62,706 nucleotides of DNA from an uncultured Bacteriovoracaceae bacterium (lineage in GTDB: Bacteria > Desulfobacterota > Desulfomonilia > UBA1062): positions 1 to 62,706 of the forward strand of contig CAZNGL010000003.1 of the NCBI GenBank assembly GCA_964572405.1. The letters are read 5' to 3'. The translations under genes and the position numbers were made by a program. This document shows positions 9,448 through 18,485 of the stretch, one piece after another. The notes below the pieces were generated by a model. It made no database searches. It had not been told where the DNA came from and worked only from the letters and a program-made list of their open reading frames with translations. Numbering within the stretch: position 1 is the first letter of the stretch; each line of letters opens with the position of its first letter.

Positions 9448-10581
9448 TTATCTGCCCAGACTCTCGATGAACGCCTGCACCCGCGTGCGCAGCTGGCCTT
9501 CTCCGCCCGCGGCATATTCCCGCTCCATCTTCAAAACCGGGATACCCTCCTTCCTGAGTGCGCCGACCAGCGGCATGGTATCCACTCCCCAGAGGTCGCA
9601 GAACTTGATGACCTCGATGACCACCCCGTCCACGCGGAAATCCCTGACCGTGTCGATGATGGTTTGCAGCCGCCGGTCGAAATCCTCCATCATGCGGGGG
9701 CACAGGGTCTTCCTGAAGGTATGTTCCGCAAGGCACCTGATGGGATCGCCCTCGGTCTCCACCGGCGTGAGTCCGGGGATGGACCCGGTGCAGAACCGGT
9801 CGGCCACCACGAGCCCGCCCTGCGATTCGATGATGCCGATGAGTGCGGGGTCGTGGAGGTGCGCCCCCACCAGCATCAGGCGCGCGCGGCAGGGGAAGGT
9901 CCCCTCCCGGTTTTGAATCTCTGCGTAGAGCGACTCGATGGCCGGGAGGACAAGATCCTTGGGCGATACGAGGCCCGCCATGACGATCCGGTGGAAGTCG
10001 GCGCCGGTGATGGGGGGGTGCTCATTCTTTCTCAGGTCGCCGATGAGGAGCACGGCACGGCAGAACCTGTTCCACTCCTCGATGGCCCGTGCCACCGAGG
10101 CGGCGCCCGTGTCGATCCCGAAATGGTCCGAGAGCCTTGTTGCGAGCATGCCGAGTTCAGCGGCCAGCCACTGCGTGGTGAAAGGGGTCTCCTTGCGGGG
10201 TACGTCGATGACATGGCTGAATACGGGCTTCCTGAGGTATTCCAGGTTGTCGATGAAGCGCTGCATGTGCGCGCACGACGGGACGTGGACCCACCCCTGG
10301 ATCAGGTCGTACCGGTTGTCAAAGGCGAATTCGAGGAGACTGCGCGTGTAGGAGCAGGTCAGCGTGGACATGTAGATGTCTGCGATCTCGGTGCCCGCCA
10401 CGCCCGGCGCCCTCATGCGCACCGGGAAGAGCCTGTCCGCCATGAGCAGGGGCTCGGGCACGAAGGAGCAGGAATACCCGATGGCCATGCGGCCTTCCTG
10501 CGATGCCTGTTCCACGAGGCGGTTCAGGGGGTATTCCAGGAGCTCCTCGAAGAAGCGCACGGTCTCGGCCGGCATGGTCAT
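9448..10581 (-). CDS. 2-hydroxyacyl-CoA dehydratase / benzoyl-CoA reductase subunit (HgdB/BcrC type)
   Basis: GYSCSFVPE, TCSYTRS, SCAHMQR, DRFCTG, KFCDLWG and QLRTRVQAFIE motifs. Confidence 0.88.
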   Translation of the reverse strand: MTMPAETVRFFEELLEYPLNRLVEQASQEGRMAIGYSCSFVPEPLLMADRLFPVRMRAPGVAGTEIADIYMSTLTCSYTRSLLEFAFDNRYDLIQGWVHVPSCAHMQRFIDNLEYLRKPVFSHVIDVPRKETPFTTQWLAAELGMLATRLSDHFGIDTGAASVARAIEEWNRFCRAVLLIGDLRKNEHPPITGADFHRIVMAGLVSPKDLVLPAIESLYAEIQNREGTFPCRARLMLVGAHLHDPALIGIIESQGGLVVADRFCTGSIPGLTPVETEGDPIRCLAEHTFRKTLCPRMMEDFDRRLQTIIDTVRDFRVDGVVIEVIKFCDLWGVDTMPLVGALRKEGIPVLKMEREYAAGGEGQLRTRVQAFIESLGR

Positions 10582-10638
10582 TCCGTGATCCCTCCGGTGC
10601 ATGCCCATCGAGTGGAGCAGGACAGCAGCGCATTCATC

Positions 10639-11421
10639 TCACGCGTCCCCCCGGGGCGACAGCCCCATGGTCTCGAGGATGCCCGCAACGACGCTCAGGC
10701 TGGGCGAGGTGTCCGGTATGCCCGCCAGGGACTCCCCCCTGAAATCGAAGTCCCGGATGAGGTCGTCCTCCAGGACCCAGCCGTAGATGGGCAGGCCGGT
10801 CCGTGTCCTGATTTCGTCCACCTCCGAAGGCTTTCTCACCCGGTTGAGCACCAGGCCCATGCTCCTGAAGTCAACCGCCCCGTTGTCCCTCGCCACGTGG
10901 GCTATGGCGTCTGCCACGCCGATGCCCTTGACCGAGGTGTCCGAGATGATCACCAGGTGGTCCACGGTCTTCATGACCCTCCGGTTTATCTGCTCCACAC
11001 CCGCCTCTCCGTCGATGACCACCACGTCGAACGATCCGGCCAGGTCCGCGAGGATGTCCTTGAGCAGCGCGTTCACCCTGCAGAAGCAGCCCTCGTCCTC
11101 GGGCCTCCCGATGGCGAGCATGGCAAACCCGTCCTGCTCGTGCAGGGCGTCGAACATCTCGTAGTCGAGCTGCCTGACGGTCTGTTGTGCGGCCTGCTGC
11201 TCGCCCTTCCTGACCCGGGATATGAGATCCCTTCTGATGTCGTCCACCGTCTTGTGGACCGTCACCCCCAGGGCCACGGCCAGGCCGCAGGCCGGGTCCG
11301 CGTCGATGGCCAGGACCTTCCTGTGTTTCCCCCTGCCCAGGATCTTCACCATCATGGCGGCCACGGAGGTCTTTCCCACGCCCCCCTTGCCGCACAGCGC
11401 TATCCTTTTCGTATCATGCAT
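10639..11421 (-). CDS. cooC: CooC/AcsF-like nickel-insertion P-loop ATPase
   Basis: Deviant Walker A GKGGVGKT, DADP, metal-binding GCFC motif and IDGEAGVEQINR, all characteristic of the CooC family. Confidence 0.8.
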   Translation of the reverse strand: MHDTKRIALCGKGGVGKTSVAAMMVKILGRGKHRKVLAIDADPACGLAVALGVTVHKTVDDIRRDLISRVRKGEQQAAQQTVRQLDYEMFDALHEQDGFAMLAIGRPEDEGCFCRVNALLKDILADLAGSFDVVVIDGEAGVEQINRRVMKTVDHLVIISDTSVKGIGVADAIAHVARDNGAVDFRSMGLVLNRVRKPSEVDEIRTRTGLPIYGWVLEDDLIRDFDFRGESLAGIPDTSPSLSVVAGILETMGLSPRGDA

Positions 11422-12151
11422 GCATGGCCTCCCTGTTCTTGTGCTGCATCGATCGTCTCATCGCCTTGAGCTGGTCCGCGTCCGAACATACATCCTGGTA
11501 TTCGCAGGACTCACAGTCGGCATCGATCTCCACTGCCATCTTGTCCATGGCAGCGACGATCCTGGCGGCAGGCCCGACGATGTCCCGCAGGGCCCTCACG
11601 TCCGCGGGGGAGGAGGTGACCACGACCACCTCGATGGACCGGACGTAATCCCTGTCGCCAAACAGGTGCATGACCGACGAGGCAAGATCGCGCGCCGAGA
11701 ACCCGGACCGTATGGCCTCGGCGCTGACCCTGCACCACTCCTTCTGGTACTGGGGCACCGCCCTGATCATGAACCCCTTCAGGTCGAGGTCGTAGCGGAG
11801 CAGGTCCATGTCCCGGTGCCGCTCGTAGGTGTTCTCCTCCGTGAAGCCTTCCACCCCGGCGAGGACCACCTTGCCGAAGGGCAGGGCCCGCTTGCGGGTC
11901 TCGGTGAAATCGGGACCTATAAGGGTGATGCGTCCGTCCGCGACCTGGCGCGGGTCGCCCGTCCACAGGAGACTGCTCACGGATTCCACGTCCGGGCTCC
12001 CCAGCTCAATGCCCAGGTCCTCCTTCATGACGATGCCCCTTCGGCCCCCGGCCGGCCAGGAGGGAAGGGGGGGCCCGGACCAGCAGCGTTTTTCCGGCAT
12101 CGCTTCGACGAAGTCCCGTACCCGGCGGATGATGTCGGTGAAGAGCTCCAT
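11414..12151 (-). CDS. Stand-alone acetyl-CoA synthase (AcsB/CdhC) middle-domain-like protein with C-terminal CxxC-x5-C
   Basis: ELGSP...DGRITLIGPD...LPFGKVV...ER...W-x-RVS-x-EA-x3-GF...VVVT pattern matches my recollection of the ACS beta-subunit central domain. Only 245 aa; ends CESCEYQDVC. Confidence 0.6.
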   Translation of the reverse strand: MELFTDIIRRVRDFVEAMPEKRCWSGPPLPSWPAGGRRGIVMKEDLGIELGSPDVESVSSLLWTGDPRQVADGRITLIGPDFTETRKRALPFGKVVLAGVEGFTEENTYERHRDMDLLRYDLDLKGFMIRAVPQYQKEWCRVSAEAIRSGFSARDLASSVMHLFGDRDYVRSIEVVVVTSSPADVRALRDIVGPAARIVAAMDKMAVEIDADCESCEYQDVCSDADQLKAMRRSMQHKNREAMHA

Positions 12152-12154
12152 GGC

Positions 12155-12940
12155 CTATGCCCTGCCCCCCGCCATTTCGCGCGCCATGACCGCGGCCCCC
12201 AGGGCCCCGATGATCTGCGGGTCCACGCCCACCTTCAGCAGCTTCACCCCCAGGGCCTCCTCGAGGGCCGTGAACATGCCCGGGTTCTTCGCCACCCCGC
12301 CGGTCATGGTGATCTCGCCCTCGAGCTCGATGCCCCGGGCCAGCGAGGCGACCCGGTGGGCCATGGCCCGGTGGAGCCCTGCAACGATGTCCGCGAGGTC
12401 TTTCCCGTCGTTGATGAGCGAGATGATCTCGGTCTCGGCAAAGACCACGCACTGGTTGGAGATGGTGACCGGCGAGCGCGCGGCCGCCGAGAGGTTTCCC
12501 ATGTCGTCCAGGGGGATACCCATGGCGCCCGCCATGATCTCCAGAAACCTCCCGGTCCCTGATGCGCACTTGTCGTTGTAGGCGTAGCGGACGACGCCGC
12601 CCTGATCGTCGAGCCTGATGGCCTTGGCATCCTGGCCGCCTATGTCGATGACCATGCGCACCTTCGGAAGGAGCCACCGCGCCCCCCTGCCATGGCAGGC
12701 GATCTCCGACTCCACGGCCGTGGCAAAGGGTATGGAGTTCCGCCCATACCCCGTGCCCATGCAGCATGCGATGTCGTCCATGGCGAGGCCGGCCAAGGAG
12801 AGCGCGCCCTCCATGACTTCCCGGGCCGAGTCTTCCGGCTCGGGCCGGGCACGGATGACATGCGAGGCGATGATGTTGCCGTTGTCCATGATGACCGCCT
12901 TGGCGCTGAGCGAGCCTATATCGCATCCCGCTGCTATCAT
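12155..12940 (-). CDS. ATP-dependent activase (HgdC/BcrAD family), second of a tandem pair
   Basis: ATG 12940 (MIAAGCDIGSLSAK) overlaps the upstream stop (ATGA); NDKCASGTG and SNQCVVFAETE motifs. Confidence 0.9.
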   Translation of the reverse strand: MIAAGCDIGSLSAKAVIMDNGNIIASHVIRARPEPEDSAREVMEGALSLAGLAMDDIACCMGTGYGRNSIPFATAVESEIACHGRGARWLLPKVRMVIDIGGQDAKAIRLDDQGGVVRYAYNDKCASGTGRFLEIMAGAMGIPLDDMGNLSAAARSPVTISNQCVVFAETEIISLINDGKDLADIVAGLHRAMAHRVASLARGIELEGEITMTGGVAKNPGMFTALEEALGVKLLKVGVDPQIIGALGAAVMAREMAGGRA

Positions 12941-13725
12941 TTCGACGCTCCTTCCATCTTCTCCCTGGCACAGACGGCGGCCCCCAGGGCCCCGATGATC
13001 TGCGGGTCCACGCGGAGCCTGCGGATGCCGGTGCCCAGGAGCTTTTCCAGTGCGGCCACCACGCCCGTGTTCTTTGCCACGCCGCCGGTCATGCACACGT
13101 CCCGCTCGATGCCCACGCTCCGGGCGAGGATCGCCACCCTTCCCGCCATGGCGCGGTTGACTGCCGAGGCGATGTCCGCCCTGGACCTCTTCGCGTTCAG
13201 GTGGTGGATCACCTCGGCCTGGGCCCACACCGTGCAGGTGGAGGCCAGCTGGAGGGGTTCCCCTGCCTGGGATGAGAGCTTCCCGAGCTCGTCGAGGCTC
13301 ACGCCAAGGATCTTGGCCATGACCTCCAGGAACCTTCCCGTTCCGGCCGCGCACTTGTCGTTGGTGAAGAACTTCACCACGTTCCCCCCGGCGTCCAGTT
13401 TGATGGCCTTGCAGTCCTGGCCGCCGATGTCGATGACGGTCCTCACCGAGGGCATGAGCCAGTGCGCACCCTTGGCGTGGCATGCGATCTCGGAGACGGC
13501 CTTGCCCACGAAGGGTATGCGCTCCCTCCCGTAGCCGGTGCCCACGCAGAACGCGACGTCCTTCATGGCCAGCCCCGACGTGGCCAGAGCCCTGTCCATG
13601 ACCTCCCGGGCGGAGTCCTCGGGTCTGAAGGTGGAGCTGATGACCGCGTGGCCGAGGATACTCTTCTGGTTGAGTATCACCGCCTTGGTGGTGAGCGAGC
13701 CGACGTCGCATCCGGCAACGATCAT
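12937..13725 (-). CDS. ATP-dependent activase (HgdC/BcrAD family), first of a tandem pair
   Basis: GCDVGSLTTK, GTGYGR, NDKCAAGTG and STCTVWAQAE motifs; AAAGGAGGA RBS. Confidence 0.92.
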   Translation of the reverse strand: MIVAGCDVGSLTTKAVILNQKSILGHAVISSTFRPEDSAREVMDRALATSGLAMKDVAFCVGTGYGRERIPFVGKAVSEIACHAKGAHWLMPSVRTVIDIGGQDCKAIKLDAGGNVVKFFTNDKCAAGTGRFLEVMAKILGVSLDELGKLSSQAGEPLQLASTCTVWAQAEVIHHLNAKRSRADIASAVNRAMAGRVAILARSVGIERDVCMTGGVAKNTGVVAALEKLLGTGIRRLRVDPQIIGALGAAVCAREKMEGASK

Positions 13726-13779
13726 GGGTTGGTCCTCCTTTTCATCGTATATTCACGCACAGCCGCTCCATGAGATCCT

Positions 13780-14016
13780 CTACAGGGTCATGCTGATGGT
13801 CGCCCCGGCCCTGATCCGCTGGGCATAGAGCCTGCAGCGTTCCTTGAGCACGTTCATGTCGGTCGTGCGCTCGATGTGAGCCAGGGCCGGGAGGGCGGCC
13901 TCCCTGAAGAGGGTGAGGGCGTCGATGGCTCGCTGGCGTTCCACCAGCATCCGCCGGGCGTCCAGCGCGATGTCGCGGATGACCTCGATGGCGATGGCAT
14001 CATTCCTCGCGTCCAT
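13780..14016 (-). CDS. Small hypothetical protein (78 aa)
   Basis: GGAGGTG RBS before ATG; fills the gap between the dehydratase subunit and activase genes on the same strand. Confidence 0.7.
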   Translation of the reverse strand: MDARNDAIAIEVIRDIALDARRMLVERQRAIDALTLFREAALPALAHIERTTDMNVLKERCRLYAQRIRAGATISMTL

Positions 14017-14055
14017 GGATCACCTCCGGGTGAACGGTTATCGGTACGGATGCAT

Positions 14056-15459
14056 TCATGACAGGATCCCCCTCAGGTGAAGGAACTCGCTCATCTTGTC
14101 CATGGCCGCGTCCCAGGACTGCACCCGGTCGTCGAAGGAATCCGAGTACATGATGAGGGCCGGGATGCCGCGGCGCTCCAGGTCCCGGGCATAGGACTTC
14201 ACCATGCCCCAGGTGTTCCTGCACCCGATGGTGCCGAAGTATGCAACGAAATCCGCGCTCAGGAGTTTTGACATGACGAGCGTGTCGTCCAGCCACATGT
14301 TCGGGGCGTCGTACGGCCCGCGGATGGACTTCACCATGGGCATGCGCGAGTTCTGTATGGCCAGGGTGTCGATGAGGTCGTCCATGCTGCCCGTGCGTAT
14401 GCGGAACACGGCATCCTGGTGCTCTCCCGCGTACGCGGCGCCCTCCTCCCAGAAGGAGCTGAGGATGCACCCGAGATGCGAGATCTCCTGCCTGTCGAGG
14501 AAGGACCAGAAACGCATGTCCGTGGTATAGTGGTCGATGTACGAGAAGAAGCCGCGGGCCCTCTCCCTGCCGGAGCCGGTTCCGGCCCTTCCTTCAGCCG
14601 CATTGGCCCTGACCTGCTTCAGCATGGCCCTGAGCAGCTCGGTGTAGTCCCTTGTCCCGCCCATGAGGAAGTTGCCCGAGTAGAGGAACATGGTGAAGAT
14701 CCCCGGCACGGGGGAGGGCACGATCCTCTGGAGCTCGGTGAACTCGTTGATGAGCTCGGCCTGCATCGCGAGCTCTGCCACCACCTCCCTGAGGCGGTCC
14801 TCGTCGAGCTTCCTGCCCGTCTGCTCCTCCAGGAATCCGACCAGGCTCCAGAAATCCCTGCGGTGGAACTCCCGGGCCCGTTCGTCGGTGAGGGTGGGGG
14901 GGAAACAGAGCTGGTGGAAGGGGATGTCCAGGTATGCGGAGGCGAATGCGTACGAGTTTGCATTGGTGTCGCAGATGCCCGGCGAGTCGCACACGATCAT
15001 GTCGGGCCTGACCCCGAGACCCGCCAGATAGGCGCCCAGGGCGCCGCGCTGGGATGAGCATGAGGTCTCGGTGAACCCGACCTCGCAGCAGTAGTCCAGG
15101 AACTCCCCGGTTCCCCGCTGGAGGATGAAGGTGCCCAGTACGGTCATGGGTTCCAGCAGGAGAGGCACCACGTCGAACGCGTACAGGATGGGCGGCGCGA
15201 AGCAGAACGTGGTCATGGCCACCTTCTTGCCCTCGTCGTGGGCGCGGATGACCCTGTTCAGGTACCTGCCGAGAGCCTTCATGAGCAGGACGCCCGCCTC
15301 CCCCTGGCTGATGATCGCATCCAGGGAGTCCCGGAAATGCGGGATGAGCGAAAGCAGCGACTCGTACTCCTTCTTCGTCCCGTCGTAGGTGAACGATGCA
15401 TTCTGGATGATGGTCCAGATGGACCAGTCGTAATGATATTCCCTCGTCTCCCTTCTCAT
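14056..15459 (-). CDS. 2-hydroxyacyl-CoA dehydratase / benzoyl-CoA reductase subunit (HgdA/BcrB type)
   Basis: ETSCSSQR, GICDTN and IGCRNTW motifs; C-terminal YSDSFDDR. Confidence 0.85.
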   Translation of the reverse strand: MRRETREYHYDWSIWTIIQNASFTYDGTKKEYESLLSLIPHFRDSLDAIISQGEAGVLLMKALGRYLNRVIRAHDEGKKVAMTTFCFAPPILYAFDVVPLLLEPMTVLGTFILQRGTGEFLDYCCEVGFTETSCSSQRGALGAYLAGLGVRPDMIVCDSPGICDTNANSYAFASAYLDIPFHQLCFPPTLTDERAREFHRRDFWSLVGFLEEQTGRKLDEDRLREVVAELAMQAELINEFTELQRIVPSPVPGIFTMFLYSGNFLMGGTRDYTELLRAMLKQVRANAAEGRAGTGSGRERARGFFSYIDHYTTDMRFWSFLDRQEISHLGCILSSFWEEGAAYAGEHQDAVFRIRTGSMDDLIDTLAIQNSRMPMVKSIRGPYDAPNMWLDDTLVMSKLLSADFVAYFGTIGCRNTWGMVKSYARDLERRGIPALIMYSDSFDDRVQSWDAAMDKMSEFLHLRGILS

Positions 15460-16589
15460 GCGATCCTCTCCATGAACGCATCGATGCGCATCTTGATCCT
15501 TCCCGTCTCCACCAGGGGTCCGTATTCGCGTTCCATGCGCATGCAGGGGACGCCCGAGGCCTCCAGGTCCCGCTCGAAGATGCCGTTCTCGGAGCCGTGC
15601 AGGTCACAGAACCGGATGTTCTGGAGGATGACGCCGTCCACGCGGGCCTCACGCGCCAGCTCCCGGATGTAGGCGAGTCTTTCCCGGTAGCAGCCGAACA
15701 TGCGGGGACAGAACTTGTGGCTCAGGTAACGCTTCGCCAGGGCCTCGAAGGGATCCGCCTCTTCGTCCACCAGGTCGCGGTAGGACCTGGAACCGAAGCA
15801 CATGGTATCGCTCACCACCACGCCTCCGGAGGACTCGATGAGCCTGATGAAATCCAGGTCGTCGCTGGTGCTGCCCACCACCATGAGGCGTTTTCTGCCG
15901 CCAGTCACGGCAGGAGCCTTCTTCAGACCCTTCAGGATCTCCTTCAGCTCCCTGGTATAGTCTTCCCGGGGCATGGCAAACCCGGCCAGCACGATCGCCG
16001 CCGCATCCTCCCCGGTCAGGGGTGAGCCAGGGGAAGCCCTCAGTGCATCGAGCTCCATGAGGAGCCTACGGCCCTGGTTGTAGAGCCTGATGGATTTTTT
16101 CAGCGACGCGGTGGACACGCTTACCCCGAAGTGTTCTTGGAGGCGGTTCGAGAAGATCCGCAGCTCGTCCGTATACCACGTGATGCTGTAGTCCTCCACC
16201 TTGTGGGGGACGCCCAGGTAGTGGAAGAACCCCGGCACCCTGCCCGGGATGTCCTGGCCTGCCTTTCTCCAGCACTCGTCGAGCCTCCGCATGGAATCGC
16301 ATCCGTTCACGATGACGGCACCGTCGAGGAAGGCGTAGTCGCCCTGGCCGGCCAGCTGGAGTATGCACTTGGGGAAGCTGCAGATCACCGGACCGAAGTA
16401 GGTGTCGCCGATGGACAACGTGGTGGTGTTGATGCCCCTGAGCCGGAAGGGCAGCATGCCCGCGGCATGGATGATCTCGTCGGGCACGAAGGTGCATGGG
16501 TAACCGATGACCTTTCCCCCCGCATCCTTCCACTGCCGCAGGTAGGTGTTGCCGATGGATCGCGCGATGTCCCTCATGGCATCCATCAT
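15456..16589 (-). CDS. 2-hydroxyacyl-CoA dehydratase / benzoyl-CoA reductase subunit (HgdB/BcrC type)
   Basis: GYPCTFVPDEI, ICSFPK, NGCDSMRR, DTMCFG, RFCDLHG and MRIDAFME motifs. Confidence 0.88.
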   Translation of the reverse strand: MMDAMRDIARSIGNTYLRQWKDAGGKVIGYPCTFVPDEIIHAAGMLPFRLRGINTTTLSIGDTYFGPVICSFPKCILQLAGQGDYAFLDGAVIVNGCDSMRRLDECWRKAGQDIPGRVPGFFHYLGVPHKVEDYSITWYTDELRIFSNRLQEHFGVSVSTASLKKSIRLYNQGRRLLMELDALRASPGSPLTGEDAAAIVLAGFAMPREDYTRELKEILKGLKKAPAVTGGRKRLMVVGSTSDDLDFIRLIESSGGVVVSDTMCFGSRSYRDLVDEEADPFEALAKRYLSHKFCPRMFGCYRERLAYIRELAREARVDGVILQNIRFCDLHGSENGIFERDLEASGVPCMRMEREYGPLVETGRIKMRIDAFMERIA

Positions 16590-17794
16590 GATTCACCCCC
16601 TGCACACAGCGGTGCGCCGTTCCGTGACGGCACGGCCGCGTCCAGGATCGGCCGCAGCGCCTCGATGACCTCGGGCACGATCCAGGCGGCCGCCGCCCTG
16701 ATCTCCTCGGTGTCCAGGGAATCGGCCACGCTGGTGATGAAGGAGGAAAAGACCTCGGGCCTGACCTCGTGGATGCCGTTGAGCACCCGCGCAAGGGTGT
16801 TGAGGGAATTCGCCATCTCGTAGGTGTCGAGGTCGGAGAGGCCCTGCGCAACCGACCCGGCCAGGGTCTCCCGGTCGAATTCCTCGAACATGCGGGTCCT
16901 CCGCGAGAAGGCCCTGATGGCAGGCGACTTCAGGGAACCGAGGGCACGCACCATTTCGAGCACGAGGTCTGGATGTTCCCTCAGCGCATCCGCCAGGGCA
17001 CAGGCAGCGGCCTCCCTGTCTTCCGCCAGTGCGACGCGGGCCTTCTTCAGGAGGACGGGGTCGACGAGCGGCAGGCCCTCCTCGAGCAGCGCGGTGAGGT
17101 AGACCTGGAAAAGGGGCCTGCCTGCCCTGGCAAGGAGGAGGTTGCCCGTATGGACGCGCCGGATGAGCTCGCTCACCGAGTTCGCCAGACGGGCGATCTC
17201 CCCGGCATCGAGCCTCCGCACCAGCGAGAGCAGGAGGTCCGCCAGGAGGTCGGGCCCCACCTTCTTCTCGATGGGCTGCAGGAGGGTTCTCACTGAGCTG
17301 ATCCCGGTGTTGACCAGGGCGAGCAGGGTGCCCAGGATACTCCCTGCCTTGGCGGGGTAGCTCCAGAGGTGCTCGTTGAAGGCCTCCAGCGCCTCGATGA
17401 CGCGAGCCCTCGATTTCTCCGCCATCTCCCGGATCTCACCGAAGTCGGTGCTCCTGAGGAAGCCGTGTATGGCCTCCCCGTGCATGGCCGCTCCGCCGGC
17501 AGGGGCCGCTGCCTGTTCGGCATTCACCGTGCGGGCCCACGCGGTGACCAGCGTCCCCACATCGGCCGCCATGCCCCCGTCGTGCCTGGCCGGAGGGGTA
17601 TTGCCCAGTCTGGACGCGACCCACAGGGCGGGGGCTGCGAGCCTTTTCCTGAAGCCCTTCCCATCCGCCCAGCCGCAGATGAGGTCTTTTGCCACCTCCG
17701 AGACCAGGGCCCTGGCTCCCGCAGACCGCATGGTCCTGCCGATGATGCGGGCCAGGGCCCGGGTGCCGGCCGTCTGGTGATCCGTGCTATTCAT
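16586..17794 (-). CDS. Hypothetical all-alpha protein (402 aa), paralogous to 18482..19132 and 19129..19560
   Basis: Translationally coupled on both sides; repeated P-x2-L/F...[VL]D-x2-E[LI] helical motif. Confidence 0.75.
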   Translation of the reverse strand: MNSTDHQTAGTRALARIIGRTMRSAGARALVSEVAKDLICGWADGKGFRKRLAAPALWVASRLGNTPPARHDGGMAADVGTLVTAWARTVNAEQAAAPAGGAAMHGEAIHGFLRSTDFGEIREMAEKSRARVIEALEAFNEHLWSYPAKAGSILGTLLALVNTGISSVRTLLQPIEKKVGPDLLADLLLSLVRRLDAGEIARLANSVSELIRRVHTGNLLLARAGRPLFQVYLTALLEEGLPLVDPVLLKKARVALAEDREAAACALADALREHPDLVLEMVRALGSLKSPAIRAFSRRTRMFEEFDRETLAGSVAQGLSDLDTYEMANSLNTLARVLNGIHEVRPEVFSSFITSVADSLDTEEIRAAAAWIVPEVIEALRPILDAAVPSRNGAPLCAGGES

Positions 17795-18485
17795 TGTGCC
17801 CCCCTGTCTTGTCTTTGAGCATCTCTTCCAGGGCCCTTCTCCCGGCCTCTGTCATGTGGGTCTCGAACATGAGGTGGCTCATGGTGGTGAGCGTCGCAAT
17901 GGCCTCCTCGCGGGTGAATTTCTCCTCCATGAGGAAGCTGTGACCGAGGTGCATGGTCATGCCCACCACGGCATAGGCCATGGTGATGGGGTTCACGCCC
18001 TCGATGACCCCCATGTCCAGCCAGCTCTGGATGTCCTCGGCAAGGTCCTGGGCGATGTCGCTGTAGTGCTTCCAGATGGTGACATCCATCTCCTCGTCCA
18101 CGCCGAAGCTGCCGCGGAGCACCATGAGGAACTGCTGGCGGTGGGAGGTGATGTAGTCGAAGTAGGCGCCGTAGCTCTGATTGAGCTTGTCCACCCTGTC
18201 TCCGTGGTCCCAGATGTTCACCGGCTCCCTGAGTTTCCTGATGCGCAACCGCAGCTCCTCCAGGTTCCGGTTGGTGATCTGCCCGAAGAGATCCCGCTTG
18301 TCCTTGAAGTAATTGTAGAAGGTTCCCGCCGACATGCCCACGGCCTTGACGATGTCCATGACCTGGGTGTTGTGGTAGCCGTGCCTGCTGAAGAGCTCTT
18401 CGGCGGCCTCCATGATCATGTCCCGGATGAGCTGCTTCTTCTTTTCCAGGAGTTTGTTCACGGGTGTTGCCCTCATGCCCTTCAT
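17787..18485 (-). CDS. TetR/AcrR family transcriptional regulator
   Basis: HTH AAEELFSRHGYHNTQVMDIVKAVGMSAGTFYNYFKDKRDL; ATG 18485 overlaps the upstream TGA. Confidence 0.92.
   Translation of the reverse strand: MKGMRATPVNKLLEKKKQLIRDMIMEAAEELFSRHGYHNTQVMDIVKAVGMSAGTFYNYFKDKRDLFGQITNRNLEELRLRIRKLREPVNIWDHGDRVDKLNQSYGAYFDYITSHRQQFLMVLRGSFGVDEEMDVTIWKHYSDIAQDLAEDIQSWLDMGVIEGVNPITMAYAVVGMTMHLGHSFLMEEKFTREEAIATLTTMSHLMFETHMTEAGRRALEEMLKDKTGGHNE

Noticed and set aside
10639-12151. Evidence for a complete Wood-Ljungdahl CODH/ACS cluster
   Set aside because: Only an ACS-like fragment and CooC are present. There is no CODH catalytic subunit, corrinoid Fe-S protein or methyltransferase in the window.
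12155-13711. 518-aa ORF suggesting a fused or extended activase
   Set aside because: Its first 257 codons overlap the real activase 12937..13725 in another frame. The true start is ATG 12940, with an ATGA overlap.
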